Below, piece after piece: positions 55,677 through 64,000 of a DNA stretch of 64,000 bases; within the stretch, counting starts at the first letter, position 1, and each line of letters begins with the position of its first letter. This DNA comes from Tubulanus polymorphus (lineage: Eukaryota > Animalia > Nemertea), in assembly GCF_964204645.1 (NCBI RefSeq), contig NC_134027.1, positions 7,906,485 to 7,970,484 on the forward strand, given 5' to 3'. The position numbers and the translations under genes are program-made. Below the pieces are notes generated by a model. It was not told where the DNA came from. It searched no databases and saw only the letters and a program-made list of their open reading frames with translations.

Positions 55677-58600
55677 ATGAATGCGGATTATTTCAACAAG
55701 ATACTGCAGATAGCAAATTCTATGTGCTGGACGAAGTTATCCGTTGGTCACAGATTGTCGCAAACCGAGAGAGAGTTCTCAGAATTTCTTATTGGTGAAT
55801 AATTCTGTGTTCTTCTGCTGTCTGGGGAAATCAAAAATAAGAACAAGCAACCAAACCAAATTTTAAAAGTTGACAATTCTATGTCGCGATTTTACAATGC
55901 CTCACGTCAGGCAAAATGTACCATGTTGATAGAGAATTTCTCAGTTTTTGGTACAGTACATAGCTAATATACAAAACAATATAACAGCATTTCCAGCGGG
56001 TCAAGAGGGTTAGGGTTAGGGTCTAGAGGGTTAGGGTTAGGGTCTAGAGGGTTTAGGGTTAGGGTTAGGGTAAGGTGAGGCATTATAGTAGGGTATGTTA
56101 AGGTAAGGCTATAAGTAGTCTAAAGGTTCCTCTACCGACCGGCCGTATGGCTAGCGCATACGTCTAGAACGCTGCGCACTGGGGTCTGCGTGTTCGAATC
56201 CCGATTTTACACCAATTTACTCTGATTTTGACTAAGTCGTGCAGTGTACCAAAGATCTGAAATTCTCTGTCAACATGGTACAACTTTCTCACATCAGTGA
56301 TGTCATTAAATTTGATTTCTGGACTCGACTGATATATACCTGGCCTTATGATGGGGACTCAGTCTAACTCTCCTCCACACAGGGGCTCGTCATGATGTTG
56401 GGAGTCCCGAAAATAAAAGATTTCACTCACAGTAGTATCCTAGATGGTACCTTGGTACCACATAGAAATAAGAATAGGCGGTACCTAGGAAGGATACTGA
56501 GTCAAATCTTTTATTTTGGACGCCCAACTATCGTGACCAAGCCGGCCCGAGCTCCCCTGTGCCACTTACTTGTGCTGTATCCGAGTTCCTGACTCACTGA
56601 CTGTCTTTTAGTCAAGGGTTGTTGGTTTTGCTGACTGAGATTGGTTTACTTTGAGTATTGAGTACTGTTTTCCCTGGAAATTTGGCTTATGAATTATAGC
56701 TAGCTAAGTAGCTTGCTTTGATGGTCGTCAATGTTTTGATTTTTTCAGCATGCTTGAAAACTGAAGACATAATTAGCTACAAAGGGGATGCAACGATTCA
56801 GCCATTAATTTTCGCAGTTGGCTGTCTGGTACATTATAAAGATCTGGATAAAGCTGCAGCTTTATTGGAGGATCTAAGCAACAAAGTGCCGATCGATTTA
56901 AAAGTCGATTTGAAAAATTTGACGGTAGAAGCGCGAGAACAGGTACAGTAACCATACAATAATAGAAGTCTTAATACCAGATGATCGTACGGGTTGAATA
57001 CCCCTTAGACAAGTTGACTAACTGTATCTAGCGCAGTGAGTTATCCTTCTGTTGTCTGGACCCAGCCAAGACTCGTCAGACTATCGAACAACCATCCTTA
57101 CCATGACTTACAAGGCTTCCCCATTGTCATTTCGAAATGAAAAATGCCTGAAAAATCTGATCGTCCAGACATGATCACTTATCTAATGGTAATTTTAAGA
57201 TGTTTGATGACTTCAAGATGATGTTCATTTTCATGTATTTCAGGCTGTATTGGAATTGTGTCGTGAGAACCGATTTAAAAAAGCTGGCAGGTTATTTTTC
57301 GAAATTTTCCAGTCAAATATGGTCAGCGGAGATGAATTCTGGAGATCAAAAGGCATTATTCACGTATGTTAGCAATCGTTCAATATAAGCTCATTAACAC
57401 TTTCATCAACCCTGGCAAACAAATGTGTAATATGTCTTATTTTGTTAGGGTCCTTTTTAAATCATGTTTGTGTTATTTTTGTGCAGGGTACAGTATCGCG
57501 TCTGCAAAGGATTATCATGGACAAAAATGCTGATGTTCGCTGTAAGCCTTATTCTAGTTTCTTGGAACAGCTCTGCTCAGTCATCATGCCCTTATTACCG
57601 CTTGAAAATCAGGTAAAAAGTTTCATATACAAGTTATGAATTTTCAATGTCAACTTTGTAGCTTAGTCAAAATGTTATACATTATTTATTGATCATTAAG
57701 AGTTTTAATCTAAGCAGCAATGTCGACTTGTATTACTGAAGTTTCATCGATCACTTGATCTTGTTCGTATTGCCATAGGATTCAAACAAGGATTTCATGA
57801 ATCGAGGAACTATGACAGATGGATGTAAACGAAGTTCAAAAATCACCCAAACTAAGTTTACCACTGGTACGTGGCCAAAATAATGTGTTATCGTGTGCGC
57901 ATAGTAAGTGTTGATTCTCGATGGCTGTATGATTTTGCTATCGTTCTAGCTTCGAAAGCGTGCTCTACCGATCCGCCGACTAAGATGGTAGATGCTTCAG
58001 TTCAAGCTTGCCTGGGAGCCAGTAACAAATCGAACCCGAATACAACTACTGCCGAGGTGCATGCGCCTAGAAACCGAGTTCCTACGAGAAACAGGATACA
58101 ATCAGATGATACTAGCGATGGTTACAATCCTGAAGATAATCATTGTATAGCAGGTTGGTTGTTGAATAGAAAAACTAGAAGTATCAATATTTCATCCCTT
58201 GGTCTTGAATATATGCTGGCTTCTGACTTAATCATTGAAATAACGAAATGATATATCGATTTATTATGATTTGTTTTTTTATTTTATTTCAAAGATGATG
58301 ATAACCCTGCATCTACAAATACGAGAATGAATAATCTCAATGCAGCAGGTCTTTTAGATACCGAATACAGCGGAAGGTATTGCAATACTTAATTACTACG
58401 AAGCTTAAACTTCAGTTGTTAGAAAATTGTTTAACACACCCCATTTGAGGTGTTAGTGAATTTTAGCTTCCTTTTACTGTGAATGAATTTTCAGTTGTTC
58501 TCTTTTGCAGCACTCGAGGCAATGCAGTATTGTATGAAAAAGTAAGTTTCGATCCACTTTGATTGAAAGAACTTTGCATATTTGGCTTCTCACTAAGTTT

Positions 58601-59414
58601 TAGGCAGATCTCAACTCTTCAGGCGCGTTCGTTTCGACCAGAATACCTTTTCCGTATTAGTCGAATATAATCTGTAAACCAAAGGCCCGTAGAGAGTTTG
58701 TAATTTCGGAATTACTGTCTTTAAACCGGTTTATTCCAAACCTGTCGTATGCCAGGAGTACCCAGTATATTTGGCATTTTGTGTTTGAGACACATCACTG
58801 CAGCAGAAATTTAGATAGATTGATGTAGATTACTGCATCCTTGTAGTCACAGAGAAATGATCTTGATATGGTATTCCGTTTGTGTTACAGATGAAAAAGA
58901 CAACTAAAGAACCACCAGTTACAGCGGACATGTCAACTAAACCAAATAAACGGCGTTTGTATAATCCAAATGTTGTTATGGAGGAAAACGTGACCGGTTC
59001 GAAACGAAAAGCAATCATTGTGCCAACAACGACGAATGAGTTATCATCTGTGAACAAATACAAAGAACCAGTCGTTCAACCTGCACAACGTCCGCGGAAG
59101 TCGAGCAATGACTCCACAATATCAATATTTGGTAAATTGATATGATTCGACCGTTGATGTTTTCTTACGTAGACACCTATATCTATCAGTGAGTGATCTT
59201 TTTGATTTCAGGACGTCAAAGAAAACCGTTCACTCGTGAGGAAATCGATAAGATTTACCGGGGCGTTCAAAAATATGGCGTCGGAAATTGGTCGAAAATC
59301 CAACGAAATATGCATTTAGCCAATCGAACAAACGTGAATATCAAAGATAAATGGTTACACATGATTAAATCTGGTATTGTGGATGAATTCAAACTCATAC
59401 ACGGTGACATCTGA
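55677..59414 (+). CDS. TERF: Telomeric repeat-binding factor (TRF1/TRF2-like): TRFH-like domain, hinge, telobox Myb domain; about 10 exons
   Basis: Spliced EAREQ|AVLELCRENRFKKAGRLFFEIF resembles the TRFH helices; last exon RQRKPFTREEIDKIYRGVQKYGVGNWSKIQRNMHLANRTNVNIKDKW is a telobox Myb; a phase-consistent GT-AG exon chain starts with 55677-55794, 56749-56942 and 57244-57363. Confidence 0.85.
55917..56282. mobile_element. Inverted-repeat element containing telomeric repeats and a tRNA-like segment, in TRF intron 1
   Basis: ~44-bp imperfect TIRs TGTACCATGTTGATAGAGAATTTC.. / ..GAAATTCTCTGTCAACATGGTACA; internal TTAGGG array; A-box-like TGGCTAGCG and B-box GTTCGAATCC. Confidence 0.7.
56001..56070 (+). 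repeat. Interstitial telomeric repeat (7 x TTAGGG in three ~21-bp units)
   Basis: TCAAGAGGGTTAGGGTTAGGG TCTAGAGGGTTAGGGTTAGGG TCTAGAGGGTTTAGGGTTAGGGTTAGGG. Confidence 0.95.
56353..56592 (+). other. Long imperfect RNA stem-loop in TRF intron 1
   Basis: Nested pairings GGGGACTC/GAGTTCCT, CACAGGGG/CCCCTGTG, GCTCG/CGAGC, GTCATGAT/ATCGTGAC, GTTGGG/CCCAAC, GTCC/GGAC, AAAATAAAAGATTT/AAATCTTTTATTTT, AGTATCCT/AGGATACT. Confidence 0.75.
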
Positions 59415-60199
59415 ATCCCCAATTCAGAGTGCGGTTGCAGAATATTTGTCTCAATGGTTAAATGTTTTTTTTGTTCAACTTGTTTGGTACAATTTTAAAG
59501 TCTTATTACCAGTGGGTATTTTATGTACATTCATCGTTGTGAGAAATGGGAACAAATTCAAGGAAATTTTGTGTAAATAGCAGAAGTACCATTCAGACGT
59601 CAATCTAGTTTTTGGCATCTGCTACGTTGTCCGTAAGATTGATTACGGGTACATACATAGTACTGTTGATTGTAATTCAATATTTCTTCCATAATCTAAA
59701 GTTTTTTTTCCAAAAGATTCTTCTTGTGTACAGAGTTTATACACATGGGCTAGTTTTATAGCGAGCTATTGTGTTCACTTTTCATTCTACCCTAGACATC
59801 TGCAGCTCAAAACTAGCCCAATCAAATTCAAGATGCCGCGATGGCTAACTAGTGACCTTAATTTTTCGGCAAAATAAGCATTTGATATACATATTTTGAA
59901 AGGAAAATATGAATACACTTTGATAAATTATCTTGATGTTTCTTATATTGTTTTAATCACTATAGTATATGTACATGGTATACGTGAAAATTGAGTTCAT
60001 CTGACACAAGATGGCCGTCCTGTGAACTTTTTTGAGGCCAAGGCGTTGAATAGTGAAATGGTTCCGTATATGTTCACCAGGGGGCATTGGAGAGTGAAAT
60101 TACATGGTATTTCCATGTACATTATATTGGTACCTATGCTCTATGAAACCACAATCAATTTCAAAATTATAGCTCATGACATGCTCAATGAGCGAACGC

Positions 60200-60389
60200 G
60201 AGAAATCCCACAATAAATACAGCTTAAACCAGAAACTTGAATAGAAGAGTATATATTTGGCTTGCGCAACGTTTCGGCTAAAGACTATTAGCCATCATCA
60301 GTACGCCTGATGATGGCTAATAGTGTTTAGCCGAAACGTTGCGCATTCAAGTTTCTCGTCTTGGCTGTATTTATTGTGGGATTTCTCAC
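60200..60389. mobile_element. Inverted pair of Penelope-like terminal repeats, each arm carrying a minimal hammerhead motif
   Basis: Plus strand CGC-CTGATGA-T-GGCTAA-tagtgt-TTAGCC-GAAAC-GTT-GCG (60304-60343) and its mirror on the minus strand (60263-60301); outer arms GAGAAATCCCACAATAAATACAGC / GCTGTATTTATTGTGGGATTTCTC. Confidence 0.7.
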
Positions 60390-61361
60390 GTTTATTCATC
60401 ATACGCGGATATTGTTTTTCTTCTCGGCTCAATAATTGCGGTGAATCAAGATAACTGATTACTGTTTTCGTTCACCAGGGGGCGTTGAATATGGAAATTT
60501 TTAGATTGTCAAGCATGTCACCAAATGTGCATGGAATCACTGGACCCAGTTATCGGTACTTTTCCTCTTCTTAATAGTGACCATTTCGATGAATTGTTCT
60601 CCGTATAGTGTAAATTTGTAATGTTCCATGTATAGTGTAAATAGATTAATTTTAGATATATGACCCTCCCTGTTCTGCTGTCAACTTGGTTAACCGCTTG
60701 TATCGGGTCTATTTTACGTAACAGGGATGTTTTCGGAATACCTTCCATTTCCATAATTCGCAAAAAAGGTAATCCAGATAATTCACTGACCCGACAGAGA
60801 GTTTTCTGTGTAATGATTAATTATCTGTAAAATTCTTTCATTCAGAAATAAAATGTTGTTTGTTGGGAAATCAAATTGTTCTATAATGCCCAAATGGAGC
60901 ATTTGAAATAAAACGAAATCTGCTTAACATATATATTTGTGTTTGTTTTATTCGTATTTTACATTGGAGATTTTAAAATCTAGTCTGAATTTAACCGAGT
61001 CTGGATACCGAAAAGAAAATTCCCAGGATTCAGTATTCGCGATAACGTTTGGAAATACACATAGTAGGAATAAACATGCACAACGAGGAACCAATCTAAA
61101 TACATGTATGGAGTTGGTATCAAGTAGTGAAATTTATTGAATATATATTCTAGATTACATCAAAGCGGAAGAGAGTAAAAAATGAAATACGTATATTTGC
61201 ATACAGTAAATCAACGAGTCTCTGTAACACATTGCTTTGCTTAGCGTAAGAAGGTTAATGGTATGCAGAGTGAAATAAACGAAAAACAAAAGCGTTTGAA
61301 TGCGAATGAATTTGCTGTCTAAAACCCATTTCGTCCAGGATTAGTCTAGTTAATGACCAAT

Positions 61362-62594
61362 CTATCCTCTCCAAGTCGGATAAAGACACCTTCTGTATTG
61401 CCTATAGTGCATGTACTTCACCAAACACGTCACACGTTTCCATATTGGGTATTTGGGACATCTTGGATACCAGATCCTTCTCGGATAATATCTGCGCCTG
61501 GTACGTCTAATTATCCTTCGTCTAAATCTTCTGAATACCCTTCTTTTTCTTCTAAATATCCTTCGTCTAAATCTTCTAAATATCCTTCTCCTTCGTCTAA
61601 ATCTCCTGAAAATTCGTCCCCTTCTGATGGATCTGAATAATTTTTTGCCACCTCGTCGAATCAGTCCACCCAACAAGCGACGTCCTAAACCTCCCAGTAA
61701 ACCACCAATAACTAGGAAACGGAACAACAAAAAATATCATCAAAATTTCTTGGATTTTGATTCAAAGTGGATAAGATAATGCTCATCAATTTGATCCAGC
61801 TTTCACTTACATCTTTTCTTTCTTTCCTCCTCATTTTCATCGAGATCACTTGATTTCTTCATCAGAGCCCCACCACCAGTTGCCTTCCCTTTCCGTCCAT
61901 TGCCAGAGGATTTCGCCTTTTTCGAAACGCCTGTGGAACATCCGTGAAATATTACATGTGATAGTGAGGGATGTATATTTGCAGATTAATACTTAGGCTA
62001 TGGTGGACAAATTTGAATTATTAGAGTTGTGATTATAATTGCTACAAAATTACGAAACTATAGTGGCGATGATTAGGGAAGTATCCATTTTTTTTCATCC
62101 TCCACAAGAACAAATCCTAGCGCGCAAAAAGAAATTTCCCGAATCAGCCACCATAGGAATAACATTCATAATTTTGGATACATATTTAATTAATGAACTA
62201 GAAAATCGACAATGCGTACTGTCTTTTTCCGTACTGCAAGTCCTTTCGCATACGCCTTTGCTTCTGAAGTTGTTATCGTTTCCCCCACAACCGCTGTATG
62301 AGAATTTTACGCAACTGCTTTCAGATGACTTGTAATACCAGCGGACAAGGTCATCGCCACAGGAACCCTCTTTTTTGGGAAGCGAACATACATCATTGCC
62401 GGTGACTGGCATCGACCATACAAAAATAAAAATACGCCTTGTTTAATATTATCACATAATAGAAACTTTCAAAAGGATATGTGAATATTCAAACTAATCA
62501 AATTCTCACCTGCAGTTGTAGAGTCGACTAGAACTAGTGACAGCGCCAGTGCAGCTCCACAGAGGTGCAATAATACGCGTCTCGTTTGTTCCAT
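61362..62594 (-). CDS. Secreted precursor: signal peptide + Kunitz/BPTI domain + acidic spacer/RKKR + Arg-rich cationic peptide; exons 62594-62510, 62405-62220, 61930-61811, 61711-61362 (246 aa)
   Basis: Four exons joined by three phase-1 GT-AG introns: MEQTRRVLLHLCGAALALSLVLVDSTTA|VTGNDVCSLPKKEGSCGDDLVRWYY..CVKFSYSGCGGNDNNFRSKGVCERTC..|..DLDENEEERKKR|FIGGLLGGLGRR..YPTWRG*; TATA-like TATATAT about 45 nt upstream of the ATG. Confidence 0.85.
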
Positions 62595-64000
62595 GATCTT
62601 TTATTTCAACCTCTGCCGAATATCTGTTGAGCCGCATCGAATATATAAGTTGGTCTGTACCAATAAAACCAACGTGGGACAGGGTTACTTAGTAATTTAG
62701 CATTCATAAAATAGGATAATACAAATAAAAATTCTTTAATTATTACGATAACATACATACCAATTATATTATTTCAATGACACCCATGAATAACTCTTTG
62801 CAATATTCTACGGCCTGGACAATAGTTATCGGTAGTTAGTTTTAAGTGGATTATAGGCTCGGGCGTCAAATTCACAATACTCCACTAAGTTTAAGTCGGA
62901 ATTTAGTAGTTTACGGCGATAAGCATCTTGTCCTCCTAGAAGCAGCTGTTCGATTGAACTAAGCAGACAAATTAATGGTTTGGCAAAGATGAAGTATTGT
63001 GGCGTTTATAACTCCTTTCTTTCTGTTTGGAAACTGCTACCATGCAAAGTTCTACTTACTCCGACTGGATCTTAATTTTACCACTATTTTTGTTCAGTGG
63101 ATACCGCCAATGAAAGGCGTTTCAACTCGTAGCTTAATGGATATTTAGAATTGTAAATCACGAATGATCCGCGGAAAAACATTGTGTAACCTAATCGAAT
63201 TCGTTTCTTTCTTTTTAAATTCTTTTCCGTAGAATTCATTCGGCTTTTTATATCATGCAGAATAATCTGCTGAATTCGCCCGGTTTACGGCAAATCTTGT
63301 TGTCATTTCTTATTGCAGATCTGTATTCAGCGGGTTTGACTTTATAGAAAACGGTTTTACATAAAGCATAGCGACAGCCTTCTGATACGCTGCACTTCAG
63401 TTCATATCGTCGTCGTCGTCGTCTCGTTGTCGTCTGTTATTACTTTTTTCATTGTAGTATCGTATAAATATTGGTCATTTGAACATGTTCCCCTCCAAGC
63501 TGATCGGTTCGCGATTCTCGTATTGAATTAATACGCCCAGGTACCGATACGATCCTGTGATGTTGGTAGATATTGCTTGCTACTGCCGGCCGTAGAAATC
63601 CAATATAGATACTGATCAAGTATTCTCACCATGCATCGACGTCAGATCGCCTGAAGCCTATCCAAACAATCGAATACTCTTGTCTTATGGTGACAAAACG
63701 GATAAGTTTCCCAGCTCCTATCAATCCGGACAAGATGATCATCCAAGCCGACATAGCTCGCGCAATGGGTGAAATTGCTCGCTACCTGGCTGCTGGGCGA
63801 ATAGTCTTTCACTTTATTTTTTCACAATTTAACAAGCTCCACTGCGGGCATTACAACGTTGGGACCATTTTATGGGAATTTCTATCTAGCAAATCTCTCA
63901 AGTTCAGTGCTATTTGCCGAGTGAAACGAACGAATCGACGGCAGTTTTGTCGACACTTACTGTTTAAAACGGAGACTGGTCATACTTCGTGACCTGAACC

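Noticed and set aside
61353-61640. Plus-strand Ser/Pro/Lys/Tyr repeat ORF (YPSSKSS) resembling adhesive proteins
   Set aside because: Antisense shadow of the Arg-rich exon; the minus strand has the coherent splice sites and signal peptide.

Overview
Compact, intron-rich animal (invertebrate metazoan) genomic DNA with mostly 60-300 nt GT-AG introns. Eleven protein-coding genes can be built by hand: two tandem CLCA-family zinc metalloprotease/vWA genes (+), a TSSK kinase (+), HERPUD (-), an intronless CARD-LRR gene lacking NACHT (-), SSR4/TRAP-delta (+), an intronless KLF15-like factor (+), a LENG9-like RWD-DUF504-2H phosphoesterase (+), XPC (-) head-to-head with a TRF1/2-like telomere-binding gene (+), and a secreted Kunitz-domain precursor (-). 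Non-coding features include (TATG)n and (TA)n microsatellites, nested inverted-repeat elements and Penelope-type minimal hammerhead motifs. Two observations stand out. (1) The Kunitz gene encodes signal peptide-Kunitz-acidic spacer-RKKR-116 aa hyper-cationic, AMP-like peptide ending in Gly. (2) The first intron of the TRF gene carries TTAGGG repeats inside an inverted-repeat element, followed by a long stem that masks a candidate poison-exon acceptor, a possible autoregulatory module. All calls come from manual reading; no database searches were run.
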